From: Candidatus Marinacidobacterales bacterium
GTDB lineage: Bacteria; Acidobacteriota; Vicinamibacteria; Marinacidobacterales; SMYC01
DNA: 64,000 bases
NCBI GenBank assembly: GCA_965224085.1
Contig: CBDCYI010000009.1
Span: 802,951-866,950, forward strand
Direction of reading: 5' to 3'
In this document: positions 44,253-54,295 of the stretch, piece after piece
Position numbering within the stretch: the first letter of the stretch is position 1
Layout: the number at the start of each line of letters is the position of its first letter
Translations under genes and position numbers: made by a program
Notes under the pieces: model-generated
Databases searched by the model: none
What the model was told of the DNA's origin: nothing
What the model saw: only the letters and a program-made list of their open reading frames with translations

Positions 44253-44570
44253 TCATAGCTTCACCTTGATGTTACCGACCCGGTCCTCTACGCGTTCGAG
44301 CCGCTTATCCATCTTCTCGGTCCTACGGCCAATGAGGTCTAGCTTCTGACCGAATACTCCAAAATTGTGCTCAAGGGTGCTGAACCGGTGACCCATCGCG
44401 TCGAGCTTTGACGACAGCCCGTCGATTTTACCCGACACTTTTTCGATGTCGTCGATTATCTCTCCTTGCCTGAACCCGTACTTCTCGTCGAGCCTCGTCA
44501 CGATTGCTCGGCGCGCGGGGGCACTTGCCGAGATCACGCGATCAATGGGCCGCGGAGCTGGACAACGCAA
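44253..44570 (-). CDS. Coiled-coil hypothetical protein, possible IS1595 passenger, 5' end uncertain
   Basis: Heptad-like repeats; ATGA coupling to the small ORF 44065-44256. Confidence 0.4.
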   Translation of the reverse strand: MRCPAPRPIDRVISASAPARRAIVTRLDEKYGFRQGEIIDDIEKVSGKIDGLSSKLDAMGHRFSTLEHNFGVFGQKLDLIGRRTEKMDKRLERVEDRVGNIKVKL

Positions 44571-44613
44571 TCGCGAGGGACCCCAGCAATCGACGCGCAG
44601 CGACTAAACTGGC

Positions 44614-45663
44614 TCAGGCGGCGTCGCGCCATTCGTAGCGGTGGTGGAGCCCACCCACTCGCGGCAACGCGACGACTTTTGCGGTCGGTGATGGTCGGGG
44701 CGTGACGGGTCTTGAGTTCGGGGTGTTTTTGTCGAGACCCAAGTGGCAACGGTCCTCGTGGTAGTAGCTGATGTACAAGCGCATGAGCCGGACGAGATGC
44801 CGCTCACTGAGGACAACTACATGCTCTAACATCTCGCGGCGGCAGTTTCCGATCCAGCGTTCGGCGGTACCGTTTTGCCAAGGGCTGCGATAAGAAATGC
44901 GAACAGGCTTTGCGCCCATGGCCCTGATGAACTCCACCACTGCAGGGCTGAAAATCGCGTCGCGGTCAAAGACCAAGTATCGTGGTGCCGTGTCGTATGG
45001 GAACGCCTCGCGCAGTTGTTGAATCACCCACGCTGACGTGGGGTTGTACGTCGCGTTGAAGTGCAAGATATGGCGACGGCCGTGCTCGATGACGAAGAAG
45101 CCGTACAGCAGCCGTAGCGACGCCGTCGGTACGGCGAACAGTTCCATCGCGGCGATGTCGTCCTTGTGGTTCCGCAAGAACGCAATCCATCGCTTCACTT
45201 CGTCGGGTTCGGCTCGGCGGCGCGGCATGTATCGCGACACCGTCATCTCGCTGACAACGAATCCGAGCTTCGTCAGCTCAGCGTGGATACGAGGTGCACC
45301 CCAGCCGTCTTGGGCCATCGTGCGGACGAGACGACGAATCTCGGCATCAATCCGAGGTCGACCTGGATAGCACGGACGGGAGATCCGAGCCCAGTATCGG
45401 CAGAACCGATCTCGATTCCACCGGGCGACCGTGTCGGCGTTCACGATAACGAGCCGGCTCGCCCACGCTGGCCACGAGCTTCGGAGCGCAACCCAGAATG
45501 CTCGGTCCGTGTCCTCGAGCGGTGGCCGGGGGCGTTCCTTCTTCAACGCCGTAACTTGCTGCCGCAGGGCCAGGTTTTCAATCACGAGGTCGGCTCGGCA
45601 CCGACACATCGTCCGGATCGCACGGGCGCCGAGTGAGACAAGGAAGATGAGGACACGGAGCAT
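44614..45663 (-). CDS. rve/integrase-core DDE transposase
   Basis: ENLALRQQ, WGAPRIH.EL, DRD..F, SPWQNG.AER, RCH.GL.K.TP, GGLHH.Y; terminus-like CTGTGCATCATCAATATCC at about 45783(rc). Confidence 0.9.
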   Translation of the reverse strand: MLRVLIFLVSLGARAIRTMCRCRADLVIENLALRQQVTALKKERPRPPLEDTDRAFWVALRSSWPAWASRLVIVNADTVARWNRDRFCRYWARISRPCYPGRPRIDAEIRRLVRTMAQDGWGAPRIHAELTKLGFVVSEMTVSRYMPRRRAEPDEVKRWIAFLRNHKDDIAAMELFAVPTASLRLLYGFFVIEHGRRHILHFNATYNPTSAWVIQQLREAFPYDTAPRYLVFDRDAIFSPAVVEFIRAMGAKPVRISYRSPWQNGTAERWIGNCRREMLEHVVVLSERHLVRLMRLYISYYHEDRCHLGLDKNTPNSRPVTPRPSPTAKVVALPRVGGLHHRYEWRDAA

Positions 45664-45783
45664 GGCGGCAGAGTTTGCCGTCTCAAGACCGGGATCTCAA
45701 GCGGAAGATGCGCTCGTTGCCCGAGGCGTGAACGGTGCGTAAGTCCTTGATTTCAGGAGCGGACGGATATTGATGATGCACAG

Positions 45784-45986
45784 GCAATCCCGACCTCTGC
45801 GAGCCAGTCGGCCAACTGGTGTAGGTCGCCCGTGAAGCTTCGAAACGTCCGCACGGACATCTCGACCCGCTCCGGTGGGACCGCAACCACATGGAATGTC
45901 GCTCCGATGTCGATTCCTGCGGCGTTAACGTGGATGGACGTAATGGATCGTCTGGACGACTTCCGACGCTTCCTTCTTGTCATCAT
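45784..45986 (-). pseudogene. IS110-family recombinase N-terminal fragment
   Basis: AAGIDIG...HVVAVP...VRTF..FT.DL..LADWL; GGAGG RBS. Confidence 0.85.
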
Positions 45987-46199
45987 TCCTCCTTCCGGAT
46001 TAAACCCGAAAGGAGGGATGGGCGGAAGTTCATCATTTTCCTAAACGGGATCGCCAAATGGCGCCACCACTGTCAAGTCCGCAGCCACCCCCGGACCATG
46101 TTTTTTTACGGGATCGAAATCACCAGTAAGCGGACGGCCTCTCCTCTCGAGTAGCCAAGAGGGTAGCCGTCAGCGAGTTTCTGGTTCAACAGGAGGCGC

Positions 46200-46690
46200 G
46201 CCCGCGCTCGAAGGTTTTTTTGGATCTCCAACATCGTCTCCACCCGAGCCAGCCGACGTTGGAGTCGGGCGTTCTCGCGCTCGAGCTCCTTGACTCGTGG
46301 ATCCTCTGCCTTCGCCTTCCGGCCTCGCTTTCTCGATGTCAGCCCCGCTTTGGCGATCTCGTCACGTTGGCGGCGCCACCTCGATAGATGCGACGAGTAC
46401 AGGCCCTCTCGACGCAGAAGAGCAGCAACATCCCCGTCACCCTTGCAGGCATCGGCCTCGCGCACTATCCGCAGCTTGTACTCCGCGGTAAAACGTCGAC
46501 GCTTCGCTTGCTCACTCACTTCGGGATCCTCGACCCCCGCCGCATCGCGGCCGGCGGGATCTCCAGTCGCCCTACGGGCTCCTTCCGATCCCGCCGAGGT
46601 CTCTCTCTCTAGCAAAATACTCATGCGTTGATCCTCCTCCGCCCTCTACACTAATTTCAAGGGGCGAAGTGTCTCAGCGATGTTGGCACA
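46200..46690 (-). mobile_element. IS3-family left end plus orfA, truncated after the A7 slip site
   Basis: RRRFTAEYKLRI..EAD.C...G...ALLRREGLYSS.L..WR, IQK(A7); end TGTGCCAACATCGCTGAGACAC. Confidence 0.8.
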
Positions 46691-46760
46691 GAGGGCTGGG
46701 CCTCGGCGTTCGGCGTGTATCCGGTGCAAATCACGCAGTGGAAGGAGCAGGCGCTGAGGT

Positions 46761-46816
46761 TGTGATCCGCAAGAAAGAAGATCGCGTACCGCTGGATCGA
46801 CTTTTTGCGGAACACA
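46761..46816. repeat. 56-bp mini-element bounded by inverted repeats
   Basis: TGTGATCCGCAAGAAAG...CTTTTTGCGGAACACA; single ends also at 41753-41778, 62572 and 63789. Confidence 0.65.
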
Positions 46817-46896
46817 GGCAACATCGCGTGATGAACTTGGTGCAGATGTCGCGTTTCGAGAGGCTTCGCTTGTCTATTCTGCTTTGGATCGACAGA

Positions 46897-48261
46897 CTAG
46901 TTTGCTTCGCGGAGCTTGCGCATGATCCGGTCTTCGACCCATTGGCTGCTCCACCAATCGATCGGTGTGATAGCGGTACCGTGCAGGAGCGTCGTGAAGT
47001 GCAGGTGGTCGCCACCCGCTAAGCCTGTCGCACCGCTCCGGCCGAGTTTCCCGTCGAGTTCGATCATCTCGCCGACACGGACATCGATGGACGACAAGTG
47101 TGCGTAAAGCGACTGCAGACCCATACCATGATCGAGAATCACGCAGTTACCGTAAATACCGAGCCAGCCGGCGTGGACGACACGTCCGCGGTTCGCGGCA
47201 GACACTGGCGCTGCCGCCGTTGAAGCGAGGTCAAAACCCAGGTGAGTCTGATGATCGACGACATCACCTTCATAAATGTAATCACGCTGGTCGGCAAAGC
47301 CCGATTTGACAGCCGTGTTGATGAGCTGCTTGAAGGATCCCTGCCAGAGCATCTCTGGAACCGTCTCGACACTCAGGCTCGCGATGTACTCGTGGTTTTC
47401 GCGACGCATATCGCTATTGATGCTGATATAGGACGCCAGAACATCAGTTGAGTCATCGACAAGAAAGTCGGGCGAGTTTTGCAGGATGGCCGGCACGACA
47501 CGAGAGAGAAAGCGATCACTCAAATTGATTCGGCTTTCCCGAAATTGCTGTGGAAAAACATGTTGATCGAAAGTTGCACTGCCTTCGTTACCAAGAGGGT
47601 CACGTGCGAAAACGCTGATCGGTGTGTTGAGATCCTGATCCCACGAAAGGGCGTAGAACGCAACATGCAACATAGGATCAGCGCTTTCGACACCGGCACC
47701 GGCAGCCGGGAAACCTGGATACTCACGCTCGCCGACACGCACGCCGGAAACTGAATCGGCTGGTGTTACGCGATACACGACGAACTCGGAACCGCCGTGA
47801 TTGATGTGGTGAAACTGAGATTGAACGACGATAACCGGCCGGCGCAAACGAACTTCGATCCCTAGTTCGGATTGCGTTATGGCTTCGCGAAGGCCGAACA
47901 ATACGGGTCGACCCGCTGTGACCGCGACACTCGCTGACCCATCACTGAGTGACTCAAACCGTTGCCTGCCAATCGGCTGCCTGAGCACCAAGCGATCCTC
48001 GCCTTCGCGTACAAGCCCTGACGCACCGCCGCGGGTCGCAAGATTGAATACTTGCAGCATCTCGCCGCCCTGTTCGAGCGTCACCTCGAGCAAACTGAGC
48101 TCACCGCCCGGCGTATCGATCGTCATGACGAGCTCACCCACTTGACCGACGGCCACAGGCTCAATGAATTCGATCATAGGGCCAGGCGCACACCCAGCCA
48201 CAACCCAAGCGGCACCCGCGCCCGCAGCCACTAAGATAAACAGCGCGACATATTTCTTCAT
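46897..48261 (-). CDS. M23-family metallopeptidase
   Basis: HLGFDLAS, YGN.V.LDHG.GL.SLYAHLS, G.TGLAGGDHLHF. Confidence 0.92.
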   Translation of the reverse strand: MKKYVALFILVAAGAGAAWVVAGCAPGPMIEFIEPVAVGQVGELVMTIDTPGGELSLLEVTLEQGGEMLQVFNLATRGGASGLVREGEDRLVLRQPIGRQRFESLSDGSASVAVTAGRPVLFGLREAITQSELGIEVRLRRPVIVVQSQFHHINHGGSEFVVYRVTPADSVSGVRVGEREYPGFPAAGAGVESADPMLHVAFYALSWDQDLNTPISVFARDPLGNEGSATFDQHVFPQQFRESRINLSDRFLSRVVPAILQNSPDFLVDDSTDVLASYISINSDMRRENHEYIASLSVETVPEMLWQGSFKQLINTAVKSGFADQRDYIYEGDVVDHQTHLGFDLASTAAAPVSAANRGRVVHAGWLGIYGNCVILDHGMGLQSLYAHLSSIDVRVGEMIELDGKLGRSGATGLAGGDHLHFTTLLHGTAITPIDWWSSQWVEDRIMRKLREAN

Positions 48262-48344
48262 GCGCCAGATTCTAGCAGTCCTGTGCGCTCAGGTGGACCC
48301 ATCGCGTCCAAAAACACAAACGAACTCAAGACCCACGCGCCGGG

Positions 48345-48472
48345 ACGTTTCGCATCGGTCAGGCGCAAGCAACCCTGGACCTGATTTCGAAGAACTCGAT
48401 TCTCGGCCACAAGATACCCGTTGCGCAGGAGCAATTCCTCATCCACTGACCCTGAGATGTAGCCCAGCATGG
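48345..48472 (-). pseudogene. N-terminal fragment of another rve-type transposase
   Basis: LGYISGSVDEELLLRN.YL.AENRVLR. Confidence 0.55.
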
Positions 48473-48951
48473 CGTCCTGTGCCAAAACTCGGCCCTTTTG
48501 AAATAGGCCATAAATCAGCGACTTAGTGTCTGTGTTTGCGACCGGGCCAAGGGCCGTGGGCTTTACAATCGTCTTGGGCGGGCGGGTCGTCACCATGCAG
48601 ATGACCACCTAGTCGAGAGCGAATATCCAAGCGTGTTCCTGAAGCTGTTTCCACGCTACGCCGGTCGAGCCCGCCGAAGGGCTACCGTCGCCGGCGACCA
48701 TCTACGCGGCACGGCAGTAGTAGTTGAGAATGCCCCCAAGTCGCTCTCGCGACACGATGGGGCCAGCGTCATTCGCGCTTGTCGGCAGAGGTGTGAGGAG
48801 CTCGTTGCCGAGACCTTGGCGGTTCCGTTCTGTGTGATAGTGCACTACGTATTCGGTTACCGCTCGCTCACTAAGAGGTACGAAGCGGTCGAGACACTCT
48901 CGACGTATGGAGAGAACGAATCTTTCCGCGTATGCGTTCAGATTCGGACTA
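48473..48951 (-). mobile_element. Right end plus transposase C-terminus of the long-TIR rve IS (empty CTAG allele)
   Basis: [18 protein letters not shown]...[11 protein letters not shown]; single CTAG at 48609-48612. Confidence 0.88.
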
Positions 48952-50048
48952 CCCGAGTTGGGCGGGTGAGTCGCGAAGGCTTGCGCGATGGCGAGCATCG
49001 TGGCGACCCCGGAAGCATTGTCGACCGCACCGTTGTAGATGGCATCCCCGCCGACCGGGGGGCCGATGCCCACATGATCAAGATGCGCCGTGTAGACGAC
49101 GAACTCGTCACGCCTCGGGCCGGACCCTGGAAGAATCCCAATCACATTGCGAGTTGGCAGGTCCTCGTGTTGCGTACGAAGCCTGAACTCGGCTGTGACC
49201 ACGCTGGTCTCTTGTGTCGTGGCGGTGCTCGGGCCGACGGACGGGAAGCCTGCAAGCGCTAGCAACTTTGCTGTTCCCGAGGGGCTCAGAGTGCCAGTGA
49301 CGCCAAGTCGAGCCGCACCCGAGGTGCCGTCAGTATCGATCCAGTGATAGGAACCATCCTCTGCGGCCGCCCGTCGCGTGGACCACGAGCGAGGCTCGTC
49401 TTCGTCGGTCACCATGAGTGTCAGCGCACCCTGAGCTCCGCTCACGGCAGCCGTTCGCCACCGTTCATCTGTGTAGAGGAAGAGCGGTCTGACGGATTCG
49501 GAGAGATCGGCGGGGACGTCGTCGATGTAAGCCACCACCTTGTCGACGGCGTTCAGGCCGTCGTAGTCATCGCGCACGGTGTCGGCTTGTACACCTGATC
49601 CCACGAAGACGATCTCGCGTGTGAGCGCCACGTCGCCTTGCTCCGGGTGGCCATTCAGCAAGAACTCTTCGGGTTCGAGTTCGAGCTGCTGTTCGCCAAC
49701 TGACAAGTTGAGTTCACGTGCCCCGGGTACGGCCCGTCGCAACGTCATCTCCTGGTAGAAATCTTCATCGAATGCTCTCAGCCCAATCGCTCGGTACTGA
49801 GCAGCAACGTACTCGGCGGCGACATCGAAGCCTCGGTGACCTGCTTCACGACCTTCCAGTAGGTCGTCAGCGAGGAACTCCATGTGGGCGCGGATAGTCG
49901 AGGCGAGGACCAGCCCTTCCGGCGCCGTTTGCTGTTGGCATCCCGTTAGGAGACACACCGCAAAGGCTAGCACCCTCCACTGCTTGACTCTGACGGGCAA
50001 CCGAGAGCCGCGTGATAGGCAGCAGTTGGCGTGCACGGCACCACTCAT
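48952..50048 (-). pseudogene. M28-family peptidase lipoprotein, truncated and fused to an IS fragment
   Basis: LADD.LEGR, PA domain, [21 protein letters not shown]; later catalytic motifs missing. Confidence 0.85.
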
Positions 50049-50632
50049 CCCAGAAGTCTACCTGTAGCGACCGCGTCGTGTCTAATGGGAGCTAGAATGA
50101 GAGGTCGGCTCGGGAGCGCCTATCACAGAAGCCAGTGCTGCGTCGTCTGGTTTCTGCGAATTTCGCGAACACCTACAGGATTCGAGCTTTCGGGCTCCGT
50201 TCGTATTTTCGGACACCTGGCATGTTCAGTGGGAGAGAGTCCCACCGGGGAAAAAGTTAGCGCCCCGTAGCTTGAGTCACGTTCGTGGAGGAAACGAGAC
50301 GGATGAAGCTGACTGACAAAGCCATCTTGAGGATGGTGAGCGAGTCACCGGGCCGTAACACAAGTGAACCCATAGGTGGCCCCGACAAAAAATAGACCCC
50401 AGAGGCCGAGTTTTCTCGTGTCGGACGAAGGCAACAGGATGTGTCGCCAGAGTATCTGATGAGGCACATCCCTCTGGCGGGGTGGTAGGGACAGCACGGT
50501 GACAAGGACATGCCAAGCAACAGGAGAAGCCGTCCTCGTCCCGTCGAGAAATCGACGGAGCAAGGTAGACCGCATAACCGGAGGCCCCGGGAAAACGGTC
50601 GAAGACGAGACGGTGGCGGCTGGGTCGGTAGT

Positions 50633-52665
50633 GTGTGCTGGGCAGCGTCCAGATCAGGAAGGTTGAAGTCCCTCTGGTGCTCGGATGAGGAGCGCCATAT
50701 CCAAAAGCGGGGGTAACGCCTCGCTGGCCGGGGAACGCGGATAAGGAGAACCCTAAACGGGCACGAAGTTGGAAACGATGGCTACTGCCAAGGGGATGTA
50801 CCTAAGTTCGGGTTCTGTCCACTGGACAACTGGAGGACAGGGTGTCCACCGCGAGGTGGAATCTGAAGGGTATGCGGAGCAGTACCGGGCCGTAATCGAG
50901 GGGGCGACCCCGTTGATGAACCGGTCGGCCAAAGGTGGGGCAAGGTCGAGCCTGCACTATGGAGGCGAAGGCGTTCTCATTCACCCACCGAATCAAGGTG
51001 TTTGCGGACGGCACGGTACGGAAGATCTGGACGTGACCCCAGGAGGGCTCATTGGGTTCCCGAGTGGCGTCGGGATAAGCGACCCTATAAGCGAGAGCGA
51101 AATGGGAAGTGAAGCCGGGTGAGTCGTCGGACAGCCCAATAGTACCTGAAGCGCGGTGAAAGTCGTGTGATCGAGAGATCGGCAGCCGAGTGGGCTGGGG
51201 AAGGGGGCTGGCAAAGGTGGTTGGTGACAACAAGGATGACAGACGAGTAAGGGCGATGACGCGGATAAGTTCCTTTAGTGAAAGACCCAGAAGTGATCGT
51301 CCGAGGAAACTGTCGGCCTGGTTGAACCCAACGGGTGAGAGGAAGGTCCACTCTCTGGTGGACAAGATATACAAGCGGAAGAACTTGGAGCTGGCCTGGA
51401 ACCGAGTGAAGCGGAACAAGGGTGCCGGTGGCATCGATGGACAAACTCTGGACGAGTTTGAGGAGCAGCTTGATGCGCACCTCAACCGACTCCATGAGGA
51501 GCTCAAGACCGATGCCTATCGTCCACTACCTGTTCGGCAGAAACTCATTCCCAAGGCTGGACAACCGGGAAAGTTCCGCCCGCTCGGCATTCCGGCCGTT
51601 TATGACCGCGTGTGTCAGCAGGCACTGCAGAACCGGTTGGAACCGATCTTCGAGCAGGTGTTCGATGCCGCCAGCTTCGGATATCGACGAGGAAGATCGA
51701 CAAAGGATGCTTTACGCAAGATCTGGCAAGAGATCGAAGAGGGTTACGAGTGGATCGTGGATGCGGATCTTTCCAATTTCTTTGGGACTGTGGACCATGA
51801 GAAGCTCCTCGCTCTTGTTGCCAAGCGAGTGTCGGATGGTCGCGTCCTTCGTCTTATTCGCAGCATGCTCAAAGCAGGCTGCATGGCGGAGGGGAGACGG
51901 CTCCCGACCGAGCAAGGTGCACCGCAAGGCGGTGTGGTCTCACCGATCTTAAGTAACGTCCTTTTGACTCCGTTTGATCGGGAGATGCGCCATCGTGGCT
52001 ATCGCCTGACGCGGTATGCCGACGACTGGGTCGTGACATGCTGCACCAAGGCAGAGGCCCAGAAGGTGCTGGCCGAAGCCCGGATGATCCTTACGACGTT
52101 GGGTGTAACCTTGAACGTGGAGAAGACTCGTATCGTTCACGTTGCACACGGCTTCGAGTTCTTGGGATACAAGATCAAGCGGGGTAGTCGCCCTTTGGCC
52201 CTACCCTCACACAAGATCCGTACGGGTGTCCGCAAGGGTGACCTGTACGCGTACCCTCGACAGAAGTCGCTCCAGCACTTCAAGGATCAGATTCGGCGAC
52301 GGACCTGTCGCAAAGCTCCTGTGAGTACGCAGCAGCTAATCGACGAGATCAACCCGGTTATTCGCGGTTGGGGTCTTTACTATCATAAAGCTCACGTCCG
52401 CAAGCTCTTCGCGCGTCTCGATCGTTGGATCCTGCGACGTATCTGGTCGCATCGGTTCAAACGCTGGCGCTGTCGGGGGTGGAAGCAGCTCCCGGAGCGT
52501 CAGCTCTACGATGAGATGGGCCTCGTACGCTTTGTCTTCCTGATTCCTTCCATCAAGCCGCGATGAATAATCCAACCTTTGTGAAAGCCGGATACGGGAA
52601 AACTGTATGTCCGGTTTGAGCGGCGGACGGGGGTCAGCGCTGCGGTGCGCCCCCTCCGACCCGAC
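50633..52665 (+). mobile_element. Inner group II intron (2033 nt), complete
   Basis: 5' GTGTG; DV AAGCCGGATACGGGAAAACTGTATGTCCGGTTT at 52585-52617; 3' CCGACCCGAC; removal restores GGTCGGTAGT-AGCGTTGAAACGGGG. Confidence 0.88.
51256..52566 (+). CDS. ltrA: Group II intron reverse transcriptase/maturase, no endonuclease domain
   Basis: VKRNKGA.GIDG, RPLGIP...DR..Q, PQGG..SP.L.N, RYADD, FLGY, domain X INP.IRGW..YY. Confidence 0.95.
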   Translation: MTRISSFSERPRSDRPRKLSAWLNPTGERKVHSLVDKIYKRKNLELAWNRVKRNKGAGGIDGQTLDEFEEQLDAHLNRLHEELKTDAYRPLPVRQKLIPKAGQPGKFRPLGIPAVYDRVCQQALQNRLEPIFEQVFDAASFGYRRGRSTKDALRKIWQEIEEGYEWIVDADLSNFFGTVDHEKLLALVAKRVSDGRVLRLIRSMLKAGCMAEGRRLPTEQGAPQGGVVSPILSNVLLTPFDREMRHRGYRLTRYADDWVVTCCTKAEAQKVLAEARMILTTLGVTLNVEKTRIVHVAHGFEFLGYKIKRGSRPLALPSHKIRTGVRKGDLYAYPRQKSLQHFKDQIRRRTCRKAPVSTQQLIDEINPVIRGWGLYYHKAHVRKLFARLDRWILRRIWSHRFKRWRCRGWKQLPERQLYDEMGLVRFVFLIPSIKPR

Positions 52666-52748
52666 AGCGTTGAAACGGGGCAACGCCCGTGGAGCAAAGG
52701 GGCCCTGCTGCACACAACTCCTTCGTCAACAAGCGAGGCAGGGGTGAG

Positions 52749-52952
52749 ATGACAAAATCACCCATCACTCTGCAGGAGCTGAGACGAAGGATATACGTCA
52801 AGGCGAAGGCCGAGAAGTCTTGGCGCTTCTTGCGCCAAGGTTTCGGCTGGAAGCGATGGAGTAGGCGATGGATGTACGCGACTGTCGGACTGTTCACAGA
52901 TTACCGAGTTCGATATCTCGTAGATTGGCCGAAAGACGCCCCGGCTCGATAG
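52749..52952 (+). pseudogene. Outer-intron IEP remnant: N-terminus fused in frame to C-terminus
   Basis: MTKSPITLQELRRRIYVKAKAEKSWRF joined to GFGWKRWSRRWMY...GLF.DYRV. Confidence 0.8.
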
Positions 52953-53138
52953 GTCACATAACCCTTCGCGGGAAGTGTGCAGGAGCGCGTAGTGCGGGAA
53001 AGCCGCACGCTGCGTGCGATGTGGCGGGGGCTGGAAACGGACTTACGGTGCGGCTAGTGAGGCACTCCCACAGGAAACGGGGAGAAACAGATAGGCCGCG
53101 CCTACGGAGCACCGCGCTAGCCCTCGACCCTACCGGGA

Positions 53139-53460
53139 TCACACTTGACTCGGTATGACTTTCCGTACGTCCTTCAGTCTCAGATGGCATTCCTCTGCGG
53201 TGCCGCCGAAGATATGGGATCTGACGAAAGGTGACTCGTTGTACCTTGACGATAACGACTCCTCGATGTCATTCAAAATGCGACCTCCGTTCTGTTGGAA
53301 GTACCAGAACGCGCTGTCCGGTAGCGGAGTTGTCCCGGAGTGGGTGTGGACGTAGGCAAGTGTCAGGAGAATCTCGAGCTTGTCGAAGATCAACGTGTAC
53401 CGGGCATCGTCCGGGACGATGCGCCGGGCATGTGGACGCAGGCACTCGCGCAGGCTCTTA
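53139..53460 (-). pseudogene. C-terminal fragment of an unknown protein
   Basis: Coherent protein-like frame (YTLIFDKLEILL...ESPFV..IFG) with no plausible start. Confidence 0.4.
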
Positions 53461-53603
53461 CTCAGGGTCGAATTGATGACTGGGTCAGACTTTGCCAGGC
53501 GAACTGGATGAAGCACCTGTATCGCGGCCTCTTCCTGCCGATACCGGGTGCGAACGGGCGTCTTCAGCAACCGCTCCAAGAACCACAAGCTGTCTGCCTC
53601 GAC

Positions 53604-53780
53604 GGCTGGATGACCCTAACTCAAGCGGCCGCCTATCTTGGCGTCTCTGGCAGCGCCCTCCGGGCACAGGGTCGAATGAGGTGAGCTGAAAGCCATGCAT
53701 CCGCTGCCTGATGGACCTTGGGTTCTTAATAGGCAACAACTTGATCAACCGGGTGTTCGCAAGGTTATCGAGAGGATCCG
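53604..53780 (+). repeat. Degenerate duplicate of the serine recombinase 3' region
   Basis: Near-identical to 56158-56332. Confidence 0.9.
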
Positions 53781-53935
53781 CCTGATCTGATACCCCGTCC
53801 TGTGCCAAAACTCGGCCCTTTTGAAATAGGCCATAAATCAGCAACTTAGTGTCTGTGTTTGCGACCGGGCCAAGGGCCGTGGGCTTTACAATCGTCTTGG
53901 GCGGGCGGGTCGTCACCATGCAGATGACCACCTAG

Positions 53936-54060
53936 TCCCCTGTAGCAGAAAAAACTAGACAAAGCAGAGCTTGCCGAAACCATTCTAAGTACATGAATTT
54001 TATGAATCTTATGGGCTGGCGAAAAGTCTAATTTTGTATAGTAATCAAAGATCCAGGGGA
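53936..54060. mobile_element. 125-bp mini-element, orientation B
   Basis: TCCCCTG...CAGGGGA ends, flanked by CTAG at 53932-53935 and 54061-54064. Confidence 0.88.
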
Positions 54061-54295
54061 CTAGTCGAGAGCGAATATCCAAACGTGTTCCTGAAGCTGT
54101 TTTCACGCTACGCCGAGCGGGCCCACCAAGGGGCTACCGTCGCCGGCGACCATCTACGCGGCACGGCAGTAGTAGTTGAGAATGCCCCCAAGTCGCTCTC
54201 GCGACACGATGGGGCCAGCGTCATTCGCGCTTGCCGGCAGAGGTGTGAGGAGCTCGTTGCCGAGACCTTGGTGGTTCCGTTCTGTGTGATAGTGC

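Larger units (their letters stand above)
50211..53133 (+). mobile_element. Outer group II intron with internally deleted IEP, interrupted by a second intron; 5' boundary approximate
   Basis: DV GAGCGCGTAGTGCGGGAAAGCCGCACGCTGCGTGCG at about 52983; DVI ends CCTCGACCCTAC at 53133; no clean GUGYG start. Confidence 0.8.

Noticed and set aside
48702-50048. 448-aa ORF as a novel peptidase-integrase fusion protein
   Set aside because: Junction at about 48951 joins a truncated M28 gene to an IS fragment; both halves lack key regions
51256-52566. RT as a retron, DGR or defence RT
   Set aside because: Domain X and flanking DV/DVI identify a group II intron IEP; no TR/VR pair or msr-msd seen
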